From assembly GCA_951406725.2 (NCBI GenBank), contig OX597827.1, forward strand, positions 59,582,001-59,646,000: a stretch of DNA of 64,000 nt. The letters are read 5' to 3'. The DNA is from Octopus vulgaris (lineage: Eukaryota). Numbering within the stretch: position 1 is the first letter of the stretch; every line of letters begins with the position of its first letter. The position numbers and the translations under genes are program-made. Shown one piece after another: positions 24,883-40,259 of the stretch. Below the pieces are notes generated by a model, which did no database searches, was not told the DNA's origin, and worked only from the letters and a program-made list of their open reading frames with translations.

Positions 24883-25042
24883 AGGAGTGGCTGTGTGGTA
24901 AGTAGCTTGCTTACGAACCACATGGTTCCGGGTTTAGCCCCATTGCGTGACACCTTGGGCAAGTGTCTTCTACTATAGCCTCGGACCGACCAAAACCTTG
25001 TTAATGGATTTGGTAGAAGGAAATTTAAAGAAGCCCGTCGTA

Positions 25043-25125
<83 letters not shown>

Positions 25126-25384
25126 AGGTGTGTGCGTGTGTGTGTGTGTGTGTGTTTGTGTGTGTGAGTGTATGTTTGTGTGTCTGTGTTTGTCCCCCCA
25201 ACATTGCTTGAAACCGATGTCGGTGTGTTTACGTCCCCGTAACTAAGCGGTCCGGCCAAAGAGACCGATAGAATAAGTACTAGGCTTACAAAGGATAAGT
25301 CTTGGGGTCGAATTGCTCGACAAAATGCGGTGCTCCAGCATGGCCACACTCAAATGACTGAAACAAGTAAAAGAGTAAAAGAGT
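24883..25384 (+). mobile_element. SINE family A with expanded internal (TA)n(TG)n
   Basis: Full-length match. Confidence 0.9.
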
Positions 25385-25597
25385 ATAGATAACAAGGTCT
25401 GAAATTTTGTGAAAGGATAGAGCGTAGGTTGCTAGTCGATTACATCGACCTAGTACTTAGTGGCTGAGAAACCCTGGTGTAGACGGATGAAATGCTGCTC
25501 ATCATTTTTGTACGTTGTGATAACAATTCTGCTTGCTCGCCGCCTTTCACCACCTCAATAATGATTTTAACATATATAATACATATATATCACATAT

Positions 25598-25890
25598 TTT
25601 GTTCCTTCTCGAGCTACGCCTGGCTCATTAGGGCCGGTTTCCTTGGCGTATAGGTTCCCCACCTGGACGGGACGCCGGTCCGTCGCAGGTGCGCTGCAAG
25701 ATGCAGGAGGCAAGAGTGAGAGAAAGTTCTGGCGAAAGAGTCAGCAGAAGTTCGCCATTACCTTCAGCCGGACCCGCGTGGAGCTTAGGTGTTTCGCTCA
25801 TAAACACACACATCAACCGGTCTGATATTCGGACCCGCGATCCCTCGACCGCAAGTCCGCTGCTCTAACCACTAGGCCATGTGCCTCCAC
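25598..25890 (-). mobile_element. SINE family C with 11-bp TSD
   Basis: Highly similar to 14499-14804. ATATCACATAT at 25587-25597 and 25893-25903. Confidence 0.9.
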
Positions 25891-26654
25891 AAATATCACA
25901 TATATATATTGATATAATGCAAAAATGGCCTGCAGACTGCGACAGTCCACAAAATAAAAATAAAATCTTTGACGTTTATTCTTTCTCTGCGGACCACTAC
26001 CAAACGATTCACGACCCGATACAAGTCTGAAGCTCGGTACTGGTCCGCGGCCCAGTGGTTACGGAACCCTGGGTTAAGACACACTTCACACAGTGAGTCG
26101 GGAGTGGGGTAAATTCAAGGATTCCACAAACTCTAGCTAAGGCCCTTCCTATAATCAAAATGCGTTCCAGCCAATAACGTATAACCTCGGTGAGGCAAAT
26201 AGGCGGGTATATACATATGTGGGTATATTTATGGGCAAAACTGTTTGCTTAGCTACTGCTGCTGCAGTAGTTGTTGATGTTGTTGTTGTTGCTGTTGTTG
26301 TTTTTGTTGTTGTTGTTTAGCACCAAGTCAGGCCTAAACGTGCAGAGGAATTAATGCAATAAATTGCTGTTGATATAAGGGGCTTTCAGCATTTACTAGA
26401 TAATGGAGGTAGTATGGCTAAGCGTTAAAAATATAGGACACGTTAGATAAGGTGACCTTGGGTTACCTGCACATATGAATAAGATGAGAGAGGCCCAGAT
26501 GGAATGGTCTGCTTTCTCATTGTTGCCCTGAAATAAAGCAACAGTCATGACTAAAAGAGTAAGGAAATTACTAATCATTAATGCAATCACTAACGAACAG
26601 GGACAGACCTTTATGTGTCTACTAGAACTTAGGGTTTACCTGGAGCTATACAAA

Positions 26655-27012
26655 TACAACAACCAGAACAACAACAACCACTCACCAACACTAACATCAA
26701 CACTACCAACACCTCCACGACCACAACCACCAAGAACACCAGTACAACCACACCACAACCACAACTACCAGCAGCACCACCAATCAACATGACCACCACC
26801 ACCTCAACAACCACCGCCATCGTCACACCGAACACAACCGCCACCACCACCACTGTGGCTACTACTACACAGAAACCATCACAATCATCACTTTCACCGC
26901 AAACCACAACCGGGGCCACCACTACCACTCCCACTGTAAACGCTGCCAGTGTGTCAAAGTTAGTTCTCCTACCAGCACCACCATCACCACCATCACCACC
27001 ACCACCACCACC

Positions 27013-27049
<37 letters not shown>

Positions 27050-27100
27050 GCACCTCCACCACCACTAACATTGCCACTACCACCTCCTGAACAACAACAA
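26655..27100. repeat. Degenerate (CAC/CAA/CTA)n low-complexity tract
   Basis: Trinucleotide runs. The ORFs here are poly-T/P/G/V read-throughs. Confidence 0.85.
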
Positions 27101-27315
27101 TACACACACCTTGGGGTTGAACACAATGAATATATTGTACAGGAATACACTACAAAGTTGTATACAAACTAGGTTAGATCTATTGGTTTTTAAAGGCAAC
27201 ATCTACACGTACACATCACATACGTATGTATACACGAATTGTGTATGAACTTATACACTTATACTCATATGCATAATTATATGTTTAGTTGTATGTATAC
27301 CTGTTGATATCCCAG

Positions 27316-27374
<59 letters not shown>

Positions 27375-27375
<1 letters not shown>

Positions 27376-27478
27376 CGATCCCTTTTGATCGAAAACCAGA
27401 ACCCCTTTTTTATCCCCAAAAAGAAAAGCTCTACCTTGTAATTTGTCCCGTCTGTGTGCAGCCCTGTGTGGCTAATAA

Positions 27479-27544
<66 letters not shown>

Positions 27545-27590
27545 TTATCTATCCTCAGCCCTGTGTGGCTAATAAAGAAACATATCTATT
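27375..27590 (+). mobile_element. LINE 3' UTR fragment (family H) with (ATCT)n tail
   Basis: CGATCCCTTTTGATCG...AAAGCTCTAC..TTTGTCCCGTCTGTGTGCAGCCCTGTGTGGCTAATAAA. The terminal segment is repeated after the microsatellite. Confidence 0.75.
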
Positions 27591-27699
27591 TATATTACGT
27601 ATCAAAATCAATTAAACAATGTAGGAGGAGTTAGCTAACAACGCCACAAACAGACACCGATTTTCCACATATGTAGCAGATTACGGTCGTAATGAAATG

Positions 27700-27944
27700 A
27701 ATTTGATTCCCGGCAGCACGTTGTGTCCTCGAGTAAGACACTCCATTTCTCTTTGCTCCAGTACACTCAACTGGCAAAAATGAGTAGTACTTGTGCTTCT
27801 AAGGGCCAGCTTTATCGCATTCTCTGTCACGCCAAATTTCTCTGAAAACTAGTTTTCAGCCACTTGCACGTTAATATTACGAGCTAGGTGTTTGATTGAT
27901 CAGATCAACCAGAACCCCCGTCGTCGTATCCGACGGAGTACCAA
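27700..27944 (+). mobile_element. Older CORE-like SINE relic
   Basis: GTTGTGTCCTCGAGTAAGACACT..TTGCTCCAGTACACTCAACTG resembles the family D CORE-like part but has a different 3' end. Confidence 0.6.
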
Positions 27945-28070
27945 TTAGATACATATGTATATATACATGTGTGTGTGCATGTGTGTGTGTCTGTGTGTGT
28001 ATGTGTGTGTGTAATGGATAGGTAATTTAGGTAGATTAATAGTTAAGCAACAGCTAAGTACATAGATAGG

Positions 28071-28154
<84 letters not shown>

Positions 28155-28155
<1 letters not shown>

Positions 28156-28410
28156 TTCTTTATTGGCCACGCAGGGTTGAACACAGAAGGGACAAAATAC
28201 AAAGTAGAGCTTTTCTTTTGGGGAAGAAGAGAAGGAGAAAAAAGGGTGGGGGCGAATTCCGATCAAAAGGGATCGTGAAAAAAAAGTGGGGCAGATCAAT
28301 AGGAATCGTGTATCACAGAAATATCAATGTAAAAAGGGAAAACAGATTAGGTTTGTCCGTGAATAGAAAAGCCTGTGGAAAAGACCACGGGAACCTTGGG
28401 CAATAGTGTC
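28155..28410 (-). mobile_element. LINE 3' UTR fragment (family H)
   Basis: Reverse complement of 27375-27480, with its (ATCT)n tail on the minus strand. Confidence 0.75.
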
Positions 28411-28490
28411 ATGCAAAAAGAAAACAACATTACAGTAAGTGGCTCTCTTTTTTCCTTTCGTTTTCTTTTTCTTTTGGTTCATAGATAGAC

Positions 28491-28537
<47 letters not shown>

Positions 28538-28654
28538 TAGATATACAGACAGACAGACAAATAGCCAATCAGACAAATAGCCAGACGGATACACAGATAG
28601 ACAGATAAATAAATAGGCAGAGATATATATAGATATGTAGATAAATAGATAAAC

Positions 28655-28765
<111 letters not shown>

Positions 28766-29834
28766 CAGATAGGTAGGTAGGTAGGTAGGTAGGTAGGTAG
28801 GTAGTTAGAGAGATAAGTAACTGAATAGACAGATAGGTAACTAGATAACGTAAAAGATATATGACTAAGCTGTTTTTTAAGTTTATTCATATATATATAA
28901 CATTACTTTTGACAGTTAAATTAAAATAAACTAAGAACATACACACACACACACACACCCACACCAAACAAAAATAAACAACAAAAGAAAGAGCAACCTT
29001 TGTATGTGTTTATGTCTAAGTATCTTGTGTTGCTGTCAACTGCAGTGTCATTGCTGAACGTAAAAAGCCGGCTTTACAAAACGCACTGTCATTTGAGAAG
29101 TCGGAATTCGTCAGCGAAGCTCTAATATTTGCACCAAAACAGTGGTGTCGTATAGTGAAGCAAGTGAAAATTAATCTCAGCCTTGTTCAATAATCTCTAG
29201 AGGTTTCTACGATATAAATTTCTCGTCCTCGTTGAAAATTTAAACCAACTTGACATCTGACCAACGACTTAGCGTGATGAATATGTTTGTGAGTGTGTGG
29301 TGGATACAGTAGTGAATAAGGAAGCTACTGAAAACAAAGACGATAATAAAATATAAAATGAAACAGATAGAAACACGCGGATATCAATTCTCGGGCCTTA
29401 GGCGTGTTGCTTAAATTAATGTTATTTTATAAATGTATCGATTCCAGGTTTGGAGATGAAACTCGTGCTTGCATTCTTTCTTTTTCATTATCTTAGTTTG
29501 CAATTATTTGTAACGGTGACTTGAAACAGAGAGCAATTTGAAAATATGTTATTTTTAGGAAGTTACTTGAAGGCAGAAGGAGCTATAAGTAATAGTTCTT
29601 TATATTTCGGGTAAAATATCACTTGATGATGGAAAAAAAAAGGAAGGCGAACAGAATAGCCGACGGGTCTGTTAGGTATATCAACCACACTTAGATCATC
29701 AAGGGAGTGGCTGTCAGCGTATACGGAGCTTTAGCAGGTAATCACAGGCTCAACTAGACTAGTGAAACGGATGAGCCCACTGTAGGACCTCTTGCTATTA
29801 CACCAGAAACAACAACAAAAACAATGATTATAAT

Positions 29835-30013
29835 CCTTTCTGCTATAGGCAAAAGGCCTGAAATTCGGGGAAAGGGGATAGTCGATTACATCGACCTCGA
29901 AAGGATGAAAAGCAAAGTCGACCTCAGCGGAATTTGAACTCAGAACGTAGCGGCAGACGAAATACCGCTAAGCATTTTGGTCGGTGTACTGACGATATTG
30001 CCAGCTCACCACC
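29835..30013 (-). mobile_element. SINE family B (internally deleted)
   Basis: AAAGGATGAAAAGCAAAGTCGACCTCAGCGGAATTTGAACTCAGAACGTAGC...GCCAGCTCACC. Confidence 0.85.
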
Positions 30014-30014
30014 T

Positions 30015-30088
<74 letters not shown>

Positions 30089-30115
30089 TGATGATGATGA
30101 TGATGATGATAAATG

Positions 30116-30158
<43 letters not shown>

Positions 30159-30184
30159 TGATGATGATGATGATGATAAATGAT

Positions 30185-30242
<58 letters not shown>

Positions 30243-30975
30243 GTTTCTTCGACACCCAGTCAATGATTTCTTTATTCATCCATAATAATGATTTTAATAT
30301 TTACATTCACATATACAAACACATATATTTACCCATATAGAGATGTTTGTAAAACTAGGTTAAATGGAACACAAATGCATAAATATGTACATATTTTAAT
30401 TGTTTTTTATCAGCAGGAGTTTCAAAGTGTTTCAAGGGACAAGAGTAACGTGTACAACGAAACTCTTGCTTCCCAACCATTCTGTCTTTCGTTCAGTCCC
30501 TCAGCCTTTGGGCCAAAATGCATAAAAGAATTTTAAAATCTGTGTTTGCGAGTGTGTGTGTGTGTCTGTCTGTCTTTGTGTATTTATGTGTTTGTGGCTT
30601 TCTGTTTGTGTTATGTCCCACTAGAGAACCTGTATTTGGTTGTTTGCGTCCTCTTATCCAAAGGGTTCGGTAAAAGAGACCAAAAGAATTAGTACCAGGC
30701 TTAAAAAATAAGTACTGGGAGCAATATTTTTGACGAAGATCACGCAGTCCATCACTGAAGCAAGTAGATACGTGTGCATTTCTATTTTTGCGTTATAGCA
30801 GAAGAGTATAATTTCGCGTATAGATCATAAGTTAATGACGTTCGACAGCTGTTTCATTAAGATACACATCATTAAATGTATAAATACAAAACTGTGATAC
30901 ATAAATAATTAACCGAACTAAATGTAATTTGAAAGTCGTGTTCACCTTTATCGTCAATAATGCTGTGTTATGTTG

Positions 30976-31013
<38 letters not shown>

Positions 31014-31062
31014 TAGATAGATAGATAGATATAGATAGATAGATAGATACACACACTCACGC

Positions 31063-31094
<32 letters not shown>

Positions 31095-31929
31095 GTGTGT
31101 GTGTATATATATATGCTTATACAATAAGAAATACTTCACGAATGGAGATTATATATTTTATTTTTATTAATTCATTGCTACATATGTTTCGGTATTACAT
31201 GCATTTTTATGAGACCGCTTCACTATATCCATAGGATAATATTAAATATCATTTATAATATGCATGGACCCTATGGGGACCCATTAATTTGACATGCTTA
31301 CAGATAACTCGGCATGTTGGGGAATAATTTGCGCTAATCAGCAACAAGTAACATAGGAGCTTTTATCAGCGTACTTGTAGACATCTGCTACATACAAAAT
31401 ACAAAGATATATTTGTACATATATATATGTTTGTCTGTGTATAAATATATATATATAGATACAAATTTTTTAGGCAATATACAATTATTTATATATATAT
31501 ATATGTATATTCATATATTCATACTATCGTCAAAACTTGAAAATTCAAGGTCCAAAGAGCCTTTAAACTTTAAAATTTTGAAGGAGTCACGCCCTCCAAA
31601 CGCATACATTGCAAGACTGTCAGATCGCATTGCGCAGGAAGGAGCGCGGTTGCTTTTATCATAAAATTTTAACAACATAATTATATATAATTTCAGTTAA
31701 TCTAATTAGAGTATAATTACTAGATACATCTGAGTAGAGGCTGAGTATGTGCTCCAGGAAAAGATTACTGTATCTGTTTAAATAAAAAAAGACAAAAATG
31801 AATGAGATTGCATTTTATATTATTGCACCATTGAAGGGATTTCTGGTAACAAAGAAATGGGAGGTATGCCAACAGTTATGTACAATACTGTGTACACATA
31901 TATCTAAGCATCCACTTACCTACCTAACG

Positions 31930-32018
<89 letters not shown>

Positions 32019-32157
32019 GTCTGTCTATCTATGTTGTCTGTCTGAGCGTACATAATTTGATATACACGCAAACACAAACATTAGAATACTGTAATCTGTA
32101 ATCATTACATATAGTTATATCGAAAGAAGCATGTGTGTATACATACACACACATATA

Positions 32158-32207
<50 letters not shown>

Positions 32208-32312
32208 AAGTAAACATTTATGCATAAATGCATAAATATACACCAACATATGCATGTATACTTATATACGTATCTAGGTAACTATATCTCTCTATATATT
32301 GCATTATGTATG

Positions 32313-32344
<32 letters not shown>

Positions 32345-32369
32345 CATACATATATATATATATATATAG

Positions 32370-32428
<59 letters not shown>

Positions 32429-32571
32429 TACATAAAAAAAGTATACGTGACACGTCAAAAAAGTTTCACACATGTGTCAAAATTAAACAAACTCAAGTGA
32501 CTTGATACCTCAAAAAATTATAAAATAAGGGCTATCAAACGTACAGATACACACATACATATGTATGTATG

Positions 32572-32623
<52 letters not shown>

Positions 32624-32651
32624 CACACATACATATGTATGTATGTATATC

Positions 32652-32707
<56 letters not shown>

Positions 32708-33097
32708 TATGTACGTGAGTACAACGCATATACGCACATATATAGATACATTCAAAGTTATAAACGTAACTAGAATTATTTCGCCGTATTGTAAATATTA
32801 GTACGTTGCTTTTCAATTACACCATTGACTAAAAAATATTTCTTTACAAAAAAAAGCAGCAGGGAAACTCATACAGAAAAAGAAAGACTAGACATTGGCT
32901 ACGATAATTTTAAATGTGTGCCAATATGTACTTTAATATATACATATATATATATATAACGAAGACCATATTTCGGTCTTGTGTCAATTCGTTTATTATT
33001 AAGTACTTCGTTTGCTCATTGAGTACTTTAATAAATCCCAACTTTACGCACTGTTTTTTTCCCTAACTACCCACTGTTTTTTAAATCCTGCGATCAC

Positions 33098-33176
<79 letters not shown>

Positions 33177-33720
33177 GCTAGCTAGCTAGCTATCTGTCTG
33201 TCTGTCTACTATCCTTTCTTTGCGCCTACCTTTCTGTCGTGTCTCTCTCTATATATCATTTCTATCGTTCTATCATTCTGTCGTTCTGTCAGTCTAACCA
33301 CATCACTGATGCTTTTCTATTAATATAGAAAAACCTGCCCGTTTGCCTGGTCATTGGCATTTTTATTTATTTATTTGTTTATTTATTTATTTATTTTGCA
33401 GTTCCTGATATATTTAACTTTTAATATTTTTCTCCCGACACTAACCTCTCACCTCTTTGAAGACTTCATCCGCTATCCTAAACATTCGTCTATATATATA
33501 TATATACTCCAGCAGCTTACGTTTCTGACACCACCAGATTGAAACCTATTTTCCGAAAGTGTCAACATTCTGATGACATATGGTCGGAAATGATGAGGGG
33601 CGCTTGTTTGTTTGTTTGTTTGTTTGCATTCTCATCTTCTTTGTGCCACTTCATCATCATCATCATCATTTACACACACATACACACTCACACGCATTCA
33701 CACACAAACGCACACACACG

Positions 33721-33756
<36 letters not shown>

Positions 33757-33871
33757 CATGTAATTATGCAGAAATAAGCCATAAAACTACAAAAAAAAAA
33801 TGCACAAGTATCATCGGAAAAAAATACGTGCAGACAGGGGTTGTCTGTCTGTCTGTCCGACCGTTTGTCAG

Positions 33872-33932
<61 letters not shown>

Positions 33933-33971
33933 ATATCTGTCTGTCTGTCTGTCTGTCTGTATGTATGTATG

Positions 33972-34033
<62 letters not shown>

Positions 34034-34233
34034 TGTATGCATGCATCCGTGCATGTGTATGTTTGTATGTGTGTCTGTCTGTCTGTGTATGTGTGTGTGA
34101 CTTTGCTATGTCCCCAGTTCAGCCGCTATTTAGAATGAGAGATTCTATCAACGTATGTCTAACGTAAAACTTAAGTGTAGGTTAAGTGTACGATAAGTGT
34201 AAGGTAAAAATCTGTAATAAAAATAACTGCCAA

Positions 34234-34278
<45 letters not shown>

Positions 34279-34682
34279 CAGGAACTGTCTGGAATAATTG
34301 TATGTCAACTTATCTGTACGTGAGCACATGTATGTGTTAGTGTGTGTATGTGCGCGAGCGGACGCGTATATGTTTGTGTGTGTTTTAGTACTTCAGTTTG
34401 GATTAGCCAGCTCGGCTAAATACTTATGCATATATGTAAATACACAATCTATGTCTGCATGTGTGTAAATATATACTCAAGCTCTCGTCCAATTGTATTG
34501 CTGTATATCTATATATAGAAACATATAAATATATATATATGTATATGTGTAAATACCTGCGTACGTATATATTATACATATGTAAAAACATACGTATATG
34601 CATATACATAGATATTAAGACACACATATATATGTTTGTGTGTGTGTGCGTAATGTAGTGTGTGTGTGTGTGCGTGAGTATA

Positions 34683-34716
<34 letters not shown>

Positions 34717-34854
34717 ACATGTATATTTATACATATATGTAAGTTTGTATAATGTATACACACTTGTATTCTCATAAAATAATGTACAACCACCTACTGA
34801 GTACGCGTATCCTGAGAAACCACAAAATAAATATGTTCACAGAAAAAACACTTA

Positions 34855-34902
<48 letters not shown>

Positions 34903-35008
34903 CGTGTGTATTTGTATGTGTGTGTGTGTGTGTGTGCGTGCGTGTGTGTGTGTGTGTGAGTACATATATATAAATATATATATAGGGCGTATACTCACAT
35001 ATCTATAA

Positions 35009-35083
<75 letters not shown>

Positions 35084-36003
35084 ACCAATGGGTCGGATAT
35101 TAGTTGGATGTATAATCAGGGGTTGAGTAAACAGTGCTACCAGTGTGGGACAAAACAACCCGGGCGTAACCTGGTAGCACCAACCCTTTTTGATACTACT
35201 AGAAAGTGCCGAAACCGCTATGATTTCCAGACCACTGCTGATGAAGGAAATGTCTCACAGTGTAAGTAGCATGTAAAATAATAAATACATAAATAGATAC
35301 ATACGTATATACGTATGCAAAGATGAAAACTGTACATATATATATATATACCATTAAATTATACGCACACATACATATTTATTTATATATTATTTACTAC
35401 ATATGTATTGGAGTATATATATATATACACACACACATGTTAGTATATGAATATTTGTTTACATCTTTATGTGCATGTATGTGTATATTCATATAAGTAT
35501 GTGTGTATGTTTGTGAAAATACATATTACGTATCTGTTTTATGAGCTTGTGCATGCATGTATGTATTTATGTATATATATATAATCTATAACATACACAA
35601 ACACACAGACATACACATACACACACATATATGTATATATACAAATACATGTGTATGTGTGTGTGTGTGTGTTTGTGTGTAAGTATGTGATAATTTGGGG
35701 ACAGTTTTATTTCTGTATATTCGTCTTCCTACTGTTGTTGTTCCTTACTTTTGTCGTTGATATTGTTGTTGATGATGCTGCTTTTGACAATGCCGTATCG
35801 TTATGACTTTAAGTGTTCCTATTTCTAGGAGTTTTTAAGAGGCAGGACCTCTTCCCTCTAATATGAAACAGATATTGTTGTCTGGCTGGTTGAGTAACCA
35901 ATTTAAAACTTAAGCGGTTTCTGTGCTATTACCTAGTTCCACCTTCAGCTAAACGATAACATCGCTGCCCCTTTTCTCTTTCCGCCCCTCCTGGCCCCAT
36001 TTT

Positions 36004-36107
<104 letters not shown>

Positions 36108-36296
36108 CCCCCAAATTTCAGCCCTTGTGCTCGTAGAAAAGGTTATCACCATCATCATCCTCATCATCATCAACATCATCATCACCATCATCATCATCAA
36201 CATCATCACCATCTGCTGATGCTGCTGCTACTACTACTACTACAACTACTACTCCCCCCAAATTTCAGCCCTTGTGCTCGTAGAAAAGCTTATCAC

Positions 36297-36334
<38 letters not shown>

Positions 36335-36464
36335 CCATCATCATCACCATCAACATCATCACCATCATCATCATCATCATTACTCGTTGTTAACCTACTC
36401 GGACGTGGTTTCAAGACATTGGTTCCAACGATACACAGCGGCATGATTTATTTAATTATTTATT

Positions 36465-36495
<31 letters not shown>

Positions 36496-36593
36496 TTCAT
36501 TTCTGTTTATCTACATAGAGACAAAATAAAATTTGTTTTGAGACAAGTTATATTTATTTTTGCTTGTCTACTTTCTTTTTCTTTCGTGGGCCG

Positions 36594-36629
<36 letters not shown>

Positions 36630-37469
36630 GCCCCGAAAGTAAGCAGTCACGCCCACGAAAGAAAAAGAACGAAGTCTAGAAGCAAAATATGAAAAAAAAA
36701 CAAAACCCATTCCAGTTAGATACATAACTTAGAAGTAAGAAAATAAACCCTAATGACATTTCCATTGACAATAACACTTGTTTGAACATTTTGAATGAGT
36801 TTATTAGCATCATCATCAACAACAACAACAACAATAGCAACAGCAGCAGCAGTAACAACAACAACAACAATAACACGACAATTACAAAGCAACAAAGAAC
36901 AACTATAACACTGACGCCGCCATTTGCCGAAAAGAAATGTGCAAATAAATAGCACATGAGAGCGCAAATAGCAAATGAAGCAGATTTGTCAGAAATGCCT
37001 CCAATTTGAAACTTTGAATAGGGTAAAAGCTGAGTCTGGAATAGAGATGTGACAAGATTTTAGTAATAAAGACATCATAAAATTGTTCGGAGAGACTTAT
37101 TTAGGAACGAATAAGGACAGAATTATCCTACTTTTGCCTCACGAAAAACAAGAGGCTTTCTCAATGCCCAACGACAGGTTAGACAAAGGAAGCTCTAGCA
37201 GATGTCCGGAGTAATATCTTGTCGTTAGAGAGAAGCAAAGCCTATAGCACCGTTTACCTGACTTTCAGGACTGAGGGCCAACCGAAGTGAAAGGCAGAGA
37301 TCTTGAGCGACGCGTTCAATCTCATGTTTGTTCCCCAGTAAAAGATGCAGTGTAATGCAAAGGTAGAAAGTTAAGAGAATTACAAATGATTTGGCCTCTG
37401 CATCGTGGTTCTATAACAATATAGATATAAACTACTTTGCATATTATTTTAGCAAGTTTAAAGTGATTT

Positions 37470-37567
37470 CTTTTGTGCCGTGAGCCATTTACCATTTCTA
37501 TGGCGCCCCCACTTCTTTTGATGCCCTAAGCACGTACTTATTTTGCTTAATGGCTAATCCAGCAGTG
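37470..37567. mobile_element. Probable hAT (Tip100-like) terminal fragment
   Basis: GGCGCCCCC..GCCCTAAGCACGTACTTATTTTGCTTAATGGCTAATCCAGCAGTG resembles Tip100-type ends. Only one end was found. Confidence 0.4.
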
Positions 37568-38055
37568 GTTTACAGTTTATATTTATTAGTGGGTCATTGA
37601 TAATTCCCTGCATTACTACTCGCCTTAGAGATTCACGCAACGTGAGTATGTGAGATAGAGAGAGACAGAGAGAGAAAGAGAGACAGAGAGAAAGAGAGAG
37701 AGAGAGAGCCAGACAGTGGTCATATATGTATGTATGTGTGTATGTGTAAATTCGAAGTAGGGAACGTATGACAGAGAGATGGAGAAATAGAGCAAAGAAA
37801 GAGAAAGTAACGCAGATAAACGAACAGACAGACAGACAGACAGGCAGACAGGTAGTCAGGCAGCCAGGCAGACAGATAGTCACGCATTCCGAAGTAAATA
37901 TGTTCGCTTTGCTGTAGTCAGCAAAATATCAACAAAATCTAATTTAAAATCCCACAGCAGGACCAGACAACTGTACACACGCACAGCCACACACATATAC
38001 GAGCATACATACACATTCACACACACACACATACGTGTATATATATATATATATC

Positions 38056-38089
<34 letters not shown>

Positions 38090-38139
38090 GTATACTCACA
38101 TATATACACGTGTACACATGATATATCTGCAACATGTAC

Positions 38140-38182
<43 letters not shown>

Positions 38183-38653
38183 TATATCTCTCTATCTATA
38201 CGTACATATATACGTGAGGGTATATATGTGTGTGTGTGTGTGCGCGCGTATATACACATACACACACGTATACACACACAGTCTGTTCCCACATAAACGA
38301 AACATTGGCTACCTCTTCGTAATGCGTCACAATTGGCGATCTTTTTAGACATTAGCACGTCTATGTATCTGTGTGCATGTTTGTATGACTGTTTATCTGT
38401 GTGTGTGTTTGTGTGTGCACTCTAGAAAATTGACTTGCAGGTGAGGGAAATAGAGAGAGATCTGACAAAATGTTTTTGTTTCCTGTTTCTAGGCCCCTGT
38501 TCTTGTAAGAAGCCATGTTTGTCAACTAAGAAGTCCTTTTCTGCACACACTCCTACACGCATATAAAAAGAAAAAAAAAAACTAACACAAACCTTTTTGA
38601 GGGAAGTTTTCGTGTCGTGTAAGCGCCTTCAAACACGTGATATGGGTTAATCT

Positions 38654-38739
<86 letters not shown>

Positions 38740-39093
38740 GTCTATCTGTCTGTCTGTCTATCTGTCTATATATCTATCTATCTTTCTATCTATCTCTGTC
38801 TGTGTGCGCATACCTGTGTGTATGTATGTATGTATGTATGTATGTGTATGTATGTATGTATGTATGTATGTATGTATGCATGCATGTGTGTAGTCATGTG
38901 TGTGCGTATATATGCATGCATGTATGTATGTATGTATGTATGTATGTGTATGTGTGTATATATGTTAAGTATATATTTATATATATAAGTGTGTTTGTGT
39001 ACATACATATACAGTATATATATATATATATATATTTCATACATATATAAACATATACAGTATATATATATATCTTTTCATACATATATAAAC

Positions 39094-39134
<41 letters not shown>

Positions 39135-39374
39135 ATACGTGTGTGTGTGCACGTGCATGCACGCACACACACACACAAATGTATGTATACAAAGATATAA
39201 TTTCCTTTACGCTTCCGAATATCCCAAAATAAATCTTTTTAAAAGTTGCTCAAATGCAAAACGAAGCCGCAAATAACAGTTCATATAAATATCATATAAA
39301 TATATAATTTGACCTAAAATCATAGCACTCTCAGTAATACGTGTGTTTGTATGCGAGCGAAAGTGACAAGCATA

Positions 39375-39523
39375 TTCGTTCTGAGTTCAAATTCCGCCGA
39401 GGTCGACTTTGCCTTTCATCCTTTCGGGGTCGATAATATATATACCAATTTACCACTGGGGTCGCAGTAATCGACTTAGACCCTTTCCCGAAACTGCTGG
39501 CCTTGTGCCACAATTTGAAACCA
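39375..39523 (+). mobile_element. SINE family B, 5'-truncated
   Basis: CGTTCTGAGTTCAAATTCCGCCGAGGTCGACTTTGCCTTTCATCCTTTCGGGGTCGAT...GGCCTTGTGCC. Confidence 0.88.
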
Positions 39524-39953
39524 ACCATATATATATATATATATGTGTAGTTCCAGATTTACCATTGTGCTTAGGTGTACTTAAGCACTGTACCCTGCTG
39601 ACCTGGCGGTGGCCGGGGTATATTCCTGCTGCCCAAATTCTTTATTATTTTTTCAAATGTGAAACGTCCAAACATTCTCTAGGCCCTGATAATTTGAAAA
39701 TTTGACTAAGGCTTGTTTAAAAAAGTAATGATTGACCTGGTAACGCGTAATATTTCAGCTGTTCCTAAATTTCCTGAGCATGTATGCTTGACTGTCCAAG
39801 TAAGAGGCCTCATAATTTAACTAGCACAGGATCTCATTCGTCCTAAATCTGGGGCACTGTATATACGTGTGTGTATGTTCGTGCGTATATGTAAATATGC
39901 AGAGAGGGAGGGATGAGAGAAAGAGAAAGAGAGAGGGATTAAGGAAGTTACAT

Positions 39954-40009
<56 letters not shown>

Positions 40010-40220
40010 AAGAAATAGAAAAGTGAAGTTTGGATGGAGATGGACGAGAAGTGTGAGAGGAACAGGTAGACCAGCATGGGAAAGAGATGTTCAGATTAAA
40101 ATGCAAGCTTAAACCGACATAACTTATATATTTCGTACGAGATAACATTTTCATAGCATGCCCTAGTGTCTTCACTGCACCCATTTCAGGACACACGTCA
40201 GCGCACGCACGCACGCACAC

Positions 40221-40259
<39 letters not shown>

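Larger units (their letters stand above)
24761..26071. mobile_element. hAT/Charlie-like MITE interrupted by nested SINEs
   Basis: Left end CAGTGGTCCCCAAAC; right end GGTCCGCGGCCCAGTGGTTACGGAACCCTG. The 8-bp flanks GGCTACGG and GGTTAAGA match at 5/8 with a central TA. Confidence 0.6.

Noticed and set aside
26629-27172. Gly-rich or mucin-like ORFs
   Set aside because: Degenerate trinucleotide repeats open on both strands, with no splice or domain support.
31175-31200. Half-motifs GAAACATATGTA, GAAACAGCTGTC and GAAACGGCTGTC on the minus strand (also near 8085, 23215, 30845)
   Set aside because: Probably 3' halves of related HHRs, but no intact CTGANGA with stem I could be assigned, so they are not called.
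35230-35265. CACTG CTGATGA AG GAAA TGTC..CAGTG
   Set aside because: Stem II is absent and stem I is offset; at best a deleted relic.
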